Of a stretch of DNA of 64,000 bases, positions 41,901 to 56,900 are shown one piece after another. The position numbers and the translations under genes were made by a program. The stretch lies in assembly GCF_009834535.1 (NCBI RefSeq), contig NC_045697.1, forward strand, positions 107,200,001 to 107,264,000. The letters run 5' to 3'. The DNA comes from Camelus ferus (taxonomy: Eukaryota). The number at the start of each line of letters is the position of its first letter. Positions within the stretch are counted from its first letter, which is position 1. The notes below the pieces were generated by a model. It ran no database searches, was not told the DNA's origin, and saw only the letters and a program-made list of their open reading frames with translations.

Positions 41901-44900
41901 TACGCGATTTAAGGACAAGGAAAATGAGGCTCAAGAGGATGAGGTAACTTGTCTACTACATTCACTAATAAGTCATAAAGCCAGAACGCAAACTCAGTTT
42001 GTTTGATTTCTAGAGTCAATATTTTAACTCCTATATTTCAAAGCCTATTAAAAAAAGAAAAAGACATTTGAATCTAGCAGCCACTATATCTATAATGTCA
42101 CTTTATACACATGCCAATATGCTATATACCTGGAATTTAGACTCTTGTCAATCTCTTCATTCCAGGACACTGACTAACTTTTAAACAGAGGTAGAGGGAA
42201 CATGATGACAGAGGATGGCAAAAAGATTTTCCACTAAAATTATATACTCCCTGTGTTCTTTCAGAGCATCTTAATTACCATAAAAAATTTTAACCAGCTT
42301 GGTATATCCAATGTGTCAGCAAGTCTGAAGCAGAAAACTAGGAGATGAGATAAAATAAAGAGAACTGCAGATAAAGAAATAAACAATCAGACAGAGGGAA
42401 ATTATGATGATGGTATGTCAAAAGAAAGCAGAGCCAACCAGAGGGGAATCCCAGAGGCCAAATCACAGACAATTTGAGCAACAACATAAATAACAAGAAC
42501 AACAGATTATAATTCATTGAATAATATAGGAAACCATGAGACCATAATGAATGTACTGAATTCATTAGATGAAGATAATAAGAGTCTCAGAGCACCTCTT
42601 CACAAGGAATACCTTAACAGTGGAGAAAACATCATTTTAATAAACGATCAGGATGAACATCATCAGTAATGAGATAAAACCATGTACCACTTGTTACAAC
42701 ACAACAGGAAGAAACAATGTCACTTCTGTGATATTACTGCCAAAGATGCTTTAACTTGAATCTAACCCTGAGGAAACATTAGACAAATCTAAACTGAGGG
42801 ACATTCTACAAAACAGCTGGGCTCTCATCTTCTAAAGTGTCAAGATCATTAAATTCAAGGAAAGACTAAGGAGCTGCTCTTCCAGATTGAAGGAGAATAA
42901 AGAGACACAACAAAAAACAACACATAATTCTTAATTGGATCCTTCTATTATAAAGAGCAGTATTGAGACAATTAGTGAAATCTGAAAGCTGTTTGAAGAT
43001 TAGAAGGTAGTGATATAGCAGTATTAATTTCCTAATTTTGATAAACGTATTGTGGCTACATAGAAAATATACAGTATACTACTCACAGATAGAGTAACAG
43101 AGTACATATATGTCCACGTCCCTTCAAATGACTCAGGAAAAATAAAAGTTCTTTTAACTGACAACTTTTCTATTAAATTAGAACTTGTTTCCAGATAAAA
43201 ATATTGAGTTTTGAAAAAGAATGTGTTTCATAACTCTAATATATACATGCCTTACAGATAGAATTGCAGAAAATTTTAAAACATAGAAAAATTTTAGGCA
43301 AATTAGCAGAAGGTTTCTTAGGACAGCCAAGTCAAGAGTCTGCAGTCAGCTTTCTCAAGCTGTCAAGACTCTCCATACTTTGTTGAATTCCTGAGTCTAT
43401 TGGAATTCACAGATTCCCACTTTTTTTCACAAAGGCTAACACAGTACCAACAGCAGGGAAGTGAAAGGCAACCATTTGTAAGTATTGGTGATTTCTAAGT
43501 TGTAATGAAGAAAAAAATTGTTTAAAATACAACTTGCCCGTGTATCATTAAAACTATTTTACATCATCTTATTGATTATATTGATAAGTAAAAATCTGAA
43601 ATGATATACAAATCCTACAACATAATATCCCTGTAATTTTTATAAACTAGATCGAACATCCCCTTTTCTTTTAAATTGTAGTCAACATACAATGTTGTGT
43701 CAATTTCTGGTAAAATATCCCTTTTTTATATTGAAGCTACAAAATTTAGCAGAGTGAAGTTAAATTCCTGTTCACCTTGTAAATCTTTATAATTTATACA
43801 TTTATAAGCATACCAAAACAGAAGACTATTTACACTACCTGTCAAAAGATCTGAACTGCACAGGTTGTTCAACAGACAGATCGCCAAGAGCTCCAAGGCC
43901 AGCCGGTGGCAGGAGGGCAGAATCCACTGTGACTCCATCTGCTGGTATGTTAACCAAGCTTCGGAGAATGTCCTTCACGTTGACATTTTTTGAAACTGGA
44001 ACTGACGGTGCAGCCTTGTTATCCAACTCATTTCCTCCATCATTTTTGGTTTCCTGAGATTTATTGACTTCTAAAGAAAGAGTGCACAGCACCTCACTGA
44101 TTGCATCGGGGCCTGCACTGACACTTGGAGGTGCCACAGGAGAAGCTACACTCACACTGCTTCCTAAACCAGTAGCTGTTTCTTCCCCGATGCCCGAGTC
44201 CCTCCTTCGAGCAGATGATGTGCTTCCCGATTCCTCCACTGATGCCGGAGATAACGGGCTGGATGCTGCTGGTGAGCTTTCCACATCTTACCCAGAAAGA
44301 GAAGAAAATATACAAATAAAAAAAATTCAGAACCCATTTTTGATATATGACTTCTTAATTTTGTCCTAATATCCGTCTACTATTTTAAATTATGAGATAT
44401 ATGGCATGTTCTAAAAGGCAAAAATAAATTACATAATCTATAAAATGCGTCACATAAACACACAGCATCAAAATAGATAGTTTAATAAAACAATAAATAA
44501 TAACAAAGTATCTGAGAAAATCCCAAACTGAACATGACATACCAATGAGTTGAAAGCCACTGGCCAACAAGAAAAAGCCCAAAATCCTTAGGATAAAATA
44601 CAAGGTTCTTCAATAATAAGAGTCTACTAGGACATACACTTCATCAGGGCAGCGAATTTGTCTTCTTTAATATTTCATCACCAGCACCCATAACAATGCC
44701 TGGGCCTACAACAATGCCTAGCAAGTAGTGGGTGGTCAGTAAATACTTACCAGATGACTATTCATCTCCACCTTTATCTCCTGCTACCCACGCCATAGCA
44801 CATTATTCTTCACCACAGTAAACTGCTTGCTGAACATGGGACGTGTTTTGAGCTTCCATGCCTTTATACATGGGCATTTCTTCAGAGACTGATCCCAACA

Positions 44901-47900
44901 CATCTACCTCAAACGTGGTTTCTACTGCTAAAAAAAACTTGTTACCCCTCCTACAGTGCATGAATAACTCAATGATCCTTAAAAGCTAGTTCAATAAGTA
45001 GCACTACCTTTTCTATTTGATTTTCATTTCTCCAGCCAGGCATTCACTCCATTCCAACAAAAATGCTAAGTCCAATAGTCAGTTCTCAGTCCTCACATCA
45101 CTTGACACAGCTGCAGCAACTAGTTATTCCCTCCAGCGTGATAACACTGTATTCACTCAGCTTACAGGACACCACGCTCATCTGGTTTTTCATCAACTCT
45201 CTCACTGATTGTTTCTCAATTTTCTTCACTTCTTTCTCTCACTGATTTCTTAAATCAGAGGGACTTAGTTCTTACCCCATTTATTTTTTTCTGGCAACAT
45301 TTATTCCCTTTGTGGTCTCATTCACTCTCAAAGTTCTAAAAACCACTATGTCAAAAAAAAATTCAGACTGTTATCTGTAACTGCCTATTCTACATCTTCT
45401 ATGTCTAAAAGACATCTCAAACTCAGTATGTTGAAAACTGAGTTTCTTATCTTTCCTTGAATATGTTTTACCTTCAGTCTGTTCCACTATACTTTATAAT
45501 CATTCTTGACTACCTTCCACCTTTCACATATCCACACCCAATATTTTAAAATCCTGTTTTCTCACCATCAGAACACATCCAGAATCTGACAGAGTCTCAC
45601 CAGCTCTACAGCTACCACCCCAGTCCATCCCCACATCACCTCTTGTCTAGATTACTGCAATATCCCCCTAGCTGGTTATGTCAGACTGTCACATGAATGG
45701 TTCTACAGGCCCATGCCTCCTGGCATTCACCCCCTTGAGAAGTCCTTGAATCTGGGCTGGGCCTGACTTACTTTAACCAGTAGAATGTGAGAGACAGAGC
45801 ACTGGGCCAGGTCTGTGCCCAGCCTTTAAGAATGTCAGGCAGCTTGTGCATTCTCAGAATCCCTGCACATCTCTGTAAGCAATCTGGCTACCCTGCTAGA
45901 GAGAACATGCATAGAGACCACATAAAGAGGAAGAGGACCTCCTAACTAATGGAGCAAAACCACAGAATTCAGCTGAGAACAAGTATCAAGGCCCCACACA
46001 TACAAATCCAGCCAAGCCACTGCAGTCAGTCAGCCCTAGCTCTTGAGGCCATCCTAGCTCAGACACTAGATACATGAGCAGAAGATCCATCTCAGGCTTT
46101 CAACCCCAGCAAACATCATCTGGAGCAGGGGTGAATCATTACCAGTGTGCTTTGTCCAAATCAAATTCACAAAGTCAGGATAAAAAGACGAAAACAGTCG
46201 TGGTTTTAGCGTCAAGGCAGTGTGCTACATAGCAGTACATAACCAGAACACTGGTTTTCCTTGCCCTGTAGGGCACAGTCTTAAAACAATCCCAAGTGTT
46301 AATTTCAGAAACATAAATCAATTCTGACTCCTGTTTTCGTTGTTGCTGTTGTCCTTTTTGTTGTTGTGTTGTGGTTGTTTGGGGGGGGGCGGTTAGGACA
46401 TTATTGTGCAATCCACCACAATCTTAGGTCATCTTCCACATGATCCAGGCTGTTAAAAGACTTGTTTTAATGCTGTAAGTGCTGCTTCTACCAGCATATG
46501 TTAAAATAAAGTGTGATTTATTTTTCCACAAGTAAAACAAAAACAAAAACAAAAACAAAAAAATCCACTCATTAGAACATAAGCTCCATGAGGGCAGACT
46601 TCTTCCTTTGTTCATAGTGAACAAGTATCTAGCAGGCACTGAATGAACACATACTGGATAAGCAAATCACCTCTGCTGGGAAGCAGCTACTTCTACAACT
46701 ACAACGGCTGCTTCTCTAACTGTACATCTTATAACTGGCAGCTACTTCAATCATTACAGTTATTTGTCAACAAATCTGTCTCTAATAAGAAAATATAAGT
46801 TACTTTTTCTCCACAACAAATGCTAAGGTAAATAAAAATGTTTACTACTTTATTTGTGAAGAATAACATTTTTTCACTTATCTTTCAATTAGATGGCTCA
46901 TAAAAGAAATTATCTCCCAATTGCAATTAACTACATGGTACTTAAAATATTTAGTTACTAATAAAAACAAATGAATGCTCTCACTTTATACATAAATGGA
47001 TTTAAATTCCAGAAAGAGTATCTTAACTAAATCATAAGTAGGTAATGTTTTATTTGAACTTTGGATGTTAGGGAATAAAACATGGAAACTTACCAGGGAG
47101 TGATAAATTTCCACTTTCACTACCAGATTTCTTAAATGACTGGCTATGCCTTTCATTGTGGGGTTCCAAAATGTCTCTGTACTTCGAGACCATAAGAACA
47201 GAGATAAAGTATACAACTGCCAAGGCTAAAAATTGAGCTTGTTTGCTGTCCTCCTGGGGGAAAAGAAAATGAATTGATCATGCCACTATTAAATAACACA
47301 TTTTAACTCATTTTACCTGACCATATTAAATACAAAACACATTAACAAATCTTTCAATATACACAGAAAATAGTAATAAATTCATCCAAGCAAAGATTAG
47401 GCAAAGGCTTTTGGAAAAATGCCTGTAAATGTGAAGTTTTATGCTTGTAAAACATGGAGAGAGAGAATGTGGTTCATTTTCTTAAATTAAGTGACTCAAC
47501 CTGAAGAGATATGTCCTAATATACTTTATAAGATTAATCAAATAGCAATTATCATTATAAATGAATAATTATGTTTACTTCTAACCATAAGAATTAAAAT
47601 GTTTTTAAAAAATCACAGTAACAGTTTTTCTAAAAGATAAAACACTCAAGATAAAAAAGTAAGGTTATCAGACACAGAACTGGATGCCAAAGAAATCCTC
47701 AAGAGTATTTTAAAATAGTACAGACAACCACGCACCCAGGATTGAAACTACAGTGTTTGCCAGCAAAAAAAGAGGCAAACTAGATTCACCTCTAGAAAGA
47801 TCCTGGCTTCGTCTCAGCTCTACAGATCACCTGCATATCTGTGTATCAGTGATCTCTTCATCTAGTGAAATTCCCCATTTTCCAAGGAATCCTAACACAT

Positions 47901-50900
47901 CACTAATTTTGGTAACTTTTCAAAACAGCTTGGAACTTAATTAATTTAAAGGAGAAACTCAAATTCATCCATTAAATACTGCAAACTAACGGTGCCCCAA
48001 CTAGCAGATAAATTTAAGATGAAGAAAACAAAGAACATTGTTGCCTAGCAGATAAATAAAAGGAAACAAGTGGTACAAATGAAACTAAAAGTTAACAATT
48101 AATGAGTATGAAAAGTTTTAGATACAACTTCACAGGAAAAAATGAGATTTCAGGTTCTACCTGCATAACCACTTGATAGAATTATCAGACATGTTTATAA
48201 TCTGACAAAAATCTTAGGTACTTTTTAGGTTCATGTATAAGGCTTATTAGTCTTGAGGGAAAAGACAAATGTGTATTTTTCCTTTTTTATTAACCATCTC
48301 TTTCCTCCAGAAGTGCCTGTGTTCCTCTGCTATGCAATCCTACATCTATTACAGTAACTGCTACTAACGATATCGACATTAAAAATGTAGGCATATAACT
48401 TACTTGGTATTCTTAATTCATTATAAATTATGTATGCCTATCCAAATCCTTAATTAGCCCATTAATATGTTCAATGTTTACTAACTACAGTATGAAGTTT
48501 ATAGCGTATGCCTGATCTGTGCCCATAAAAAATATCCCATAGGTCCTAACTCCTGAAACAAATTTGTTTTCAATTGAAACTGTCATTTATTGAATACTTA
48601 CTATGAGTCGGGCATTGTGCTATGTACTTCATATACATTCATTAACCTGTTCACACAACATGAGGCTTAGAGAAGTTAAGTAAGTTGCCTAAGGGCATAC
48701 AGTAAATGAAAAAGCAAATCTGAACTAGCATTACAGTGATTAAAAACCTTAACTCTTAACCTCAGGGTACTAATTTTTTTATATCCCCAGTCTTAGGTCA
48801 TTTCTTTTTTCTTCAAAGTTTGCTTATGCTAGAAGCGCCTCTGGGATATTGTTTGGAAAATATGGTCTTTTCTCTTTTTGAAAACTTCTATAAGGTGATT
48901 ATGTAACTTTCACAATTACCAAAAAATTAAAATTATTTGTTAATGTCAGAAATGATAAGGTAGACAGAGGAGACACTCTGATTCTCTGTCCAAATACTGT
49001 GATGTAATAAATTATTAGAAAATTTGAAAGAGCCAAATTGTATAGAGCCAGGGTGAGGAGTTTTTATTTCATTTTAAATGCTATGGAAAGCCATTACAGA
49101 AGTTTTAAAGCCAAAGAGGTATGTCATTTATTCTAGATTTTTAAAGATCACTCTAGGAAATACAAAGTTATAGGGCAACAGACAACACCTGCTCAAGAAA
49201 AGAGAGTGGGGAGAAAAGGAAGCAATATTTGGTCCCAAAATGAACCAGTCACTGGGTGCAGAAAAAAACAAAAGTTGATGGTCTCTTAATTAGTAAGAAA
49301 TAATATTTCTTAATTAATAAGAATAATAATTCTCAATAATAGCAACCAAAAAGCAAAAAAGTGAGGTCAAGTGAGGCAGTATAGCATAACGGTTAACATC
49401 GAAATCCCAAGAATCAGATTCCCAAGGTCCTTAACCCACTTCTACCTCTTAATACTTGTGTGATCTTAAGGCGATTATTTAAGCTAATAGTGCTTTTTTC
49501 TTATAGGATTATTCTGTGAATTAAATGAGGTAATACAAATAGAGCATCCAGTTCTATGCTTAATATGCTGTAAGTGTGCAATAACGGTAATTATAGCTAA
49601 TAAGTATTATCTGTAACTACTATTAAATTGTATACATGTATAAAACAGTGAAGAATCAAGAGAGGACTAAAGCACTGGAGAAAGAGGAGGGAGAATTTAA
49701 AATGGAAGTTATAAAGTTTATATTTTTTAAAAAACTTATATGTAATATTGAGCAGCCAAAACGTAACACACAGCAAGTGTTCAATAAATATGAATGAGAA
49801 TACTCCAAATCCCAGCGAGTAGGATCACAAGTGATTTTTATTCTCATCTTTATACTTTCTTAAATAATGTTACATTTTCTGCACCAGACTCTGCCATATT
49901 ATATATCAAACTAGCTAAAATAAAACTATTTTTCATCTTTAAAAAATTAAAACCACCACACATTTCATCATATACTTTCATATCATACAAAACTTTCAGA
50001 GCATAGATCGCTGGGTCTGAATCCTATCATTTACTAGTTCCATTGGCTTGAACAAGTTAGTCGCACTCTCTGTGCCTCTAATTCCTCATTTATAAAATGG
50101 GAATTACAAAAGTACACGACTCAAGACGTTGTTGGAACTAATGAGAACATATAAAGCACTTACAGTGCTTACTATGTAATAATGTGTTATTCTTTTTAGT
50201 ATCTTTACTCTGATATATTAGCTCCAATTATATAATTAATACTTTCCGATATTCTAAGATTCTAAAATCACTGTCAAGAGAACTTGCATCTAGGCCTTCC
50301 TATCTCTACTCGACTATTTTATATCACAACGAGTATTCACTCTTCGGGCCTATGAGGAAATATGCTATTAGCTGATATATTTTGTAAAAGAAATACAGTA
50401 ACTTACTATGTCTCTGAAGACAACTGCTCTAAGCCGATTAATATCCATGTCTTGCAGAAGCCTGTCAAAATCTCTTACTGGAGACATACCACCAGTTACA
50501 ATGTCCAGTGGACTCTAATTAAGACAAAAAAAAAAAATGTACATTACACAGACATTTTTAAAAATAAACATGTATTCCATAGGCTATAATACTGTTTTCC
50601 TCAGTTTATTTTCCTACTTCTTTCTCTCTTCAGTTTTTTGGGTGCCAGGATAGAGGTGGGGGGTGTAGCAAGCAGTCATGAAGGAAAAAAGAAACTGCGT
50701 GCTGACTCACCAAGTACATGAAATACAAACTGACTTATCTGAAAGACAAGGTAACATGGACACAAGGAAACTAAACATGGAAAATGTATAACCAGAAGGA
50801 ACCCTACTTTAAAAAGACACCTGCACCCCAATGTTCATAGCAGCACTATTTACAATAGCCAAAACATGGTAACAGCCTAAATGTCCATCGACAGATGACT

Positions 50901-53900
50901 GGATAAAGAAGATGTGGTATATTTATACAATGGAATACTATTCAGCCATAAAAGTGACAACTTAACGCCATTTGCAGCAACATGGATGTCCCTTGAGAAT
51001 GTCATTCTAAGTGAAGTAAGCCAGAAAAAGAAAAATACCATATGAGATCGCTCGTATGTGGAATCTTAAAAAAAAAAGAAAAAAGAAAAAGACAAATGAA
51101 CATAAATACACAACAGAAACAGACTCTAAGACATAGAATACAAACTTGTGGTTGCCAGGAGGGAGGAGGGTGGGAAGGGACAGACTGGAAGTTCGAAATT
51201 TGTAGATACCGACAGGTATGTGTAGAATAGTTAAATAAGATTATACTGTATAGCATAGGGAAATATATACAAGATCTTATGGTAGCTCACAGTGAAAAAG
51301 AATGCGACAATGAATATATGTATGTTCATGTATAACTGAAAAATTGTGCTCTACACTGGAAATTGACACAACATTGTAAACTGACTATAACTCAATAAAA
51401 AGAAAGAAAAACAGACAAGATTAAGTATAAGCAAATCTTTACTTACTGTATATTTAAACACAAACATTGAAGGTTATGTCCCCAGACTAAGATAATTATT
51501 TTAAGACCTCTGTCAGATTTACTTAACTTTATGTTGAAATGGACAAATATATTTAAGATCTTAATCATAAAATAAGAGAGTAATTTTTAAACTTGAATTA
51601 ATTATTCTGTACGCTTACCTTTGCTGCAGATTTCCCCATGGGAATCAGGCTGGGTATTGTTTTCTGGCCTTTAGCTGTATCACCTCTACTTTTCAGCTGT
51701 AAATGCTGCTGACACTCTAAACAATTCCTTACTGCCACTGCACACACTGTAATTTAAGGAAAAAATTGGGCAAGAAAAAAATTGCATTTAAGATTATGGA
51801 ACTGATAAAAATCATCTATACAAGTTACATAAGATCATCTTTGAAACAGATTACCTTCAGCAAATTCCTAAAATGTCCCTGGACTTTATCACCTGTCTGT
51901 TTTGCGACTGTTAGCTACCCTATTAGGGTCCACTGCTAACAGAAAACAAGTTCAATAATCTTAATAACCACTCTACTGTTTCTCAGATCTCATCTAAGCT
52001 ACATGAAATGATCTTTTAAGGAGGAAAAGATAGGGGAAAAAAAGAATTGAAAAAAAGGTGTAAGAATAAAGAAAGTAAATCACACTGCCATCAACTAGTC
52101 CAGGATAATAACCCTCTGTTACCTTCATTAAAGTAAAATAGTTAAACTAGAAACTTGCAAGTTTTTCTTATAATGTTTATCATTACTAACAGAGAATGAT
52201 AGGGGTATAGCATTAAAAGGACTATTTATAGGGTCTACCTCTTACTGGCTTTCATTAAAACTATTTGAAAAATAGGCAACAGAAAAGAGACTGTGATTAA
52301 TATACAGTCCACAATTACCTCTCTAAACAGCTCACTAATCAGGCAGTTAACTCAGGTTACTTACAAGTTGTTGAGTTTTAAATGACAAAACAGGTAATAC
52401 ATAATTGATCACGAATTGCTTTCTATCATGCAGTCATCTCAATTCCCAAACAAATTGGTAACACTGAAGGTATCTGAACTCAACTAGAATGGGAGAGCAA
52501 ATTAGGAACAAAGTAGCAAACTTAAGTGGGAACTCTAAGTACCATCAGACTATCATATGCTTAGCAGGCACAGAATTGAAAAGGGAAAGTGTTCAGAAAG
52601 GTGCCAAAAGAGTAACAGAAGCTGGAGAAAAGGAAGGAAGGAACACAGTAAAGAAGGGGAGGGAGAGAGAATGTGCAACACAACTCTGTCAAATTTGGAA
52701 TCAGGCCCAGGAAAATAATTTTTCTACTACGTTTGTCACAGGTTGTATAAAATCAGGTTTGCATCCACATTACAAGCTCAAAAACCACAGCAGATGGCCA
52801 AATATCAATCACTCTCAGTAGTACAACTTATTCTTACTGTTGCCATCCTACCTTCTCACCCTCAGCCTCAGGATCAAAACATTTGGATTCTAAAAATGTA
52901 CTCTTTGTAGGAAAGTGGAAAGGTTTACAAATGGCATACATAAAAGCAATGGATTCTAAATATAAAAGCAATGGATTCTAAACATTTTAAGTATATTACT
53001 GATATAAAGTTTAAGGCTGTATTCTATAACAGAAAGTGTAGGGAACACTAGTTAAACTATATTTAAATTCCAACTTGACAGATTTATAGCTTTTGAATTT
53101 TCAGTAAGTTTCCTAACTTCTCTGATCTCAAATTCCCTCATGAATAAAAGGAAGAATATGGAACTGAGTAAAATAATTGAATGAAAGAAAATGGTTGCAG
53201 GCTCACTGTGAAAATCAGCAATAATGACAAATGACTGTAGTCAATAAATAACAGCTTTTGTTTGGTTGTACTCACCATTTGAATCTCTCTCAATGAGAAT
53301 TTTAAAACAACTTTCTAAAAATAGTATACCAAGCTCTTTAGAGTATCCTACGTACTCTGAATAGCATTTTCAGTGAAAATAATTATTGCACCAAAAGAAT
53401 CTAAGTACAAGCACATCTGTTTATATAACAGATATTCTTGCTAAATATGGGAAAATATTTCATTAACTAATTAGATTTTCAACTGCTGATATTGTATTTT
53501 CATAGGTGCCTTATTTCTGATCTGTCTTCCTATGGCCAAGGTACCTAAAGATTTTGCTTCCATTTCTTGGTCCCCCTCCCTACACCTACTTCTCTCAATT
53601 TAATAAGTAAATCATTAACAAAGTCTCAGTATTTACAATTAGTTAAAGGAAATTTGCTGCAGAGAGAAAAATTATTTTGCTTCACTGAAGAAAGTTCAGA
53701 TATTACTAAAAATTCATTTCATTTATTTCAACTTTTACCTAAGGACAAACTGCTTCCAGGAGAAGAACAGAGATTTAATAATTTTATTAACTGCTTCAAC
53801 AAATTATCATAACATGTGTGAATAAAGGCTGATCTTGAATGATGCTAGTTTAGAACCTTGCTACTCAAGTGTGTTTGTAAGAGAAGCAGCATCAACGTTA

Positions 53901-56900
53901 CCTGGGACATGCGAGAGAGACGATCTTAGGCCTCATCCCAGACTCATATAATCTAATCAGCATTTTAACAAGACACTCTGGTCATTTATGTGTATGAATC
54001 ATCTTAAAGTTTGGGAAGCATTACTTTAAAGCAAAAAAAAGATGGGGCAGGGGAGGTAATGCCAACCAGAATCAACCTAGCAGAATTTTCAAACAATGTC
54101 CTTTCTCCTCTATGCAACTTCACAACCACTACTATAGCATAGTACAGATACAGCTCTCCATTCTTTGGAGGTTAAAAAGTAGCAAAAGACAAATTGCCTA
54201 GCACACATTTTCCCACCAACAGGAGAAAGAAAATATTCGATTTAGTATGTCTGGATTACTGAAAAAATTTTAAGTAAATTCCTAAGTAATGGATTTTAAC
54301 AGCTCACCCAGTCGGAGACACTGCCGCAAAATTCCTCCAGATGACATATTTTTTTCAGCTTCAATTTCAGTAAAGCCAAGAGAACTTGCAAATATAAGCA
54401 CATCCACAAGACTGATTAGTCTCTGCAAAAATGTCACAGAGGCTTCTACTGAAAGGCCTTGAGTAGGTTCAATATTCTCCAGCTCATGCTGTAAGGAATA
54501 AAGTTTGACATTTACATCTATATTCTGCCAAAAATCCAATTTTATGAGACACATTCCCCAAATTTCTAAATTTTATAAAAAGCCAGGCTTTCAGAAATCT
54601 AGTTCAGTAGAGTGATTTCATTATCATTTCATCTAAAAAAAGAGGCATACATACAGGTGAAATACTGTCAATCATATTTCTCACTAGCTGACTCATCCCT
54701 AAGAATTCAACATTCTTTTTAGTCCTTTGATTCCTGGAACAGATTCTAAGGTCCTTTCAGGTAATTGTAAAAGATTCTGTTGCTTTTGAATTATAGAACC
54801 TATGATTCATAGTAACTACCACATTCAAGTTTTAATCAATAAAAAATGCATAAGTCATGTTTTCACACCAATTTTATATAGTAGTTATGTCCTTACTGTA
54901 GCCGATGTAGCAGCTGAAAGCAATGGCAGTATACCCCCACAAGCCATGACCATATTGTCCATCACTTGAGAGATGAGATGAATTGTGTTGTGTACAAAGA
55001 TGACATTATCACTGCTATTCACGAAGTCCATAACTGTCTTTGTTGAATGGCTGTCCAAAGATAAATGATGTTTACTGATAAAGCTAAAGAAAGGAAATCA
55101 CACTTTGCCTACTTCAGGGGAGGGAGGATAAGGTGCTTTTGCTTCATCTTGAAAGCTGAGGAAAGATAATGATGCAGCAGGCATTTTGGGGGGTGTATAC
55201 TTCCTCAGAAGATGTAGACCATTCATATCAGTAGTTACTATCCACACCCTTTCTCAGTGTTGAACCATTAATAGGATTCAACTTACACTTGATATAAAAG
55301 TTGAACTAAACTATTTTTATGTAGGAACAAAATTAAGAAGTCATGTAGCAAAAGTTAAGAGGTAAATAGTGCTAAAGGTACTATTAAAAATGAATTTTCT
55401 AGTAACACTTTCTTAGATAATGTCATAAAGCATTTTTAAACAAAATAAGAGTAGCATATAAACAACAATAAACAAATTAGGTTTTTTAAAATCACAAATC
55501 AAACAATGAAGGATAATCTGAAAAACAGACTTTTTCTACCAAAAATACATTGGAAAATTAGATGTTTTAAATAAATCCCAATTTTGTTTAGTACTTCTAG
55601 GAATAAACCCATTTGGGCATATTATATGCTATAAAATATGCTACAGAAGACTTTCAGCAAATTTTTTAAAAGAAAAATAATTGATTTTCAACTTCTTGCA
55701 ATCCAAATATGGTAGCTCATTTTTATAACAAAGAATGAACGTTAATTCAATAAAACCCTATGATAGAAATAATTTATACTCTATTTTTCAATCCAATGAC
55801 TGAAATTACTTACAAAACGTTAAATATATAAATTTCTTTGAAAACAAAGACTAAAATCTATACAGAGTTACCATAATAAATATACGGACAAACCTTCTCC
55901 ACATCTGTATATCTGTTTCTATTGAAAATAAGAGATCAGTGAGCAAACGCTGATGCATCGGAGACCATTTGAACTCAGGAATACGAAACGCAGATCTGGA
56001 ATCCCTCCTTTGCCCATTAACTGCGTCTGGTGCAATTCCTTGCCCTGGCTGCTCCTGCTGCCTTGACATCTAACGGAAACAATTTAAAAGAGTAATAAAA
56101 TCAAGTTCAACTTCAATGGAAGGCATGGGTATATAATTGTATAGCTTCTACCCAATTCATCTATTAAATACTAATACACATACACTAAGTAAGGAACCAT
56201 AGATACTAAGGAACCAAATTAGAGAAAAATTATCAAGGAGTAATAACATTAATACATTATTAAAACATTTAAAGTAAAGTTATAAAAATGCTGAACTACC
56301 ACAATTCAGTAGTGATTGGCTTGGACCATGTTAGTATTATCACCAGGTAATGTAGCATTTTATTAAGTTCTTGGTTTTGAATACTGGCATGAAAGAAAGG
56401 CCATATCTAGATTATAAATTGGCTGGAATTAAGAAAAACTAAAAAATAAAGACAACAGAATAAAGAATAAACCAATGAAAAAGAAAGGAGGAAGAACTGA
56501 ATGAAGTGGGAAATGACAACATGCAACCAGCCACTGAGTCATAAACACTCTGAGGTACCAGCAAGGGAGAAAGCTGGACCTCTGGGTCTCACACGGGTGC
56601 CCCCCTCTTACAAAAGTAAACAGACCCCATGGAACAACTTTAAACCATATACTTTGTATATAAGGTTATACACTAGCAGATGGTTCTGCAGGAAGGTGGT
56701 CCTAGATTTTGCTGGAAAACCAATGTGATAACTGTGACTGAGTTATTAAATAAAGGGTAAAAGGCAAGTATTTCCAATGTTTGCTTAACAAGGTAAAAAT
56801 ACGATAATGCTGGAACTTGAAAGTAGTAACTTTTTATGATACTGTTGTGAAAATAACAATAAAAGCTACCATTTAACAAACTCATACAAAAGTCAAGTCT

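Noticed and set aside
44064..44369. Plus-strand ORFs antisense to LRBA exons (also 57902-58102)
   Set aside because: Shadow ORFs of the real coding exons, with no independent gene signals.
52489..52821. 110-aa plus-strand ORF
   Set aside because: Purine-rich intronic sequence with no recognisable domain or gene structure. The length is compatible with chance in 64 kb.
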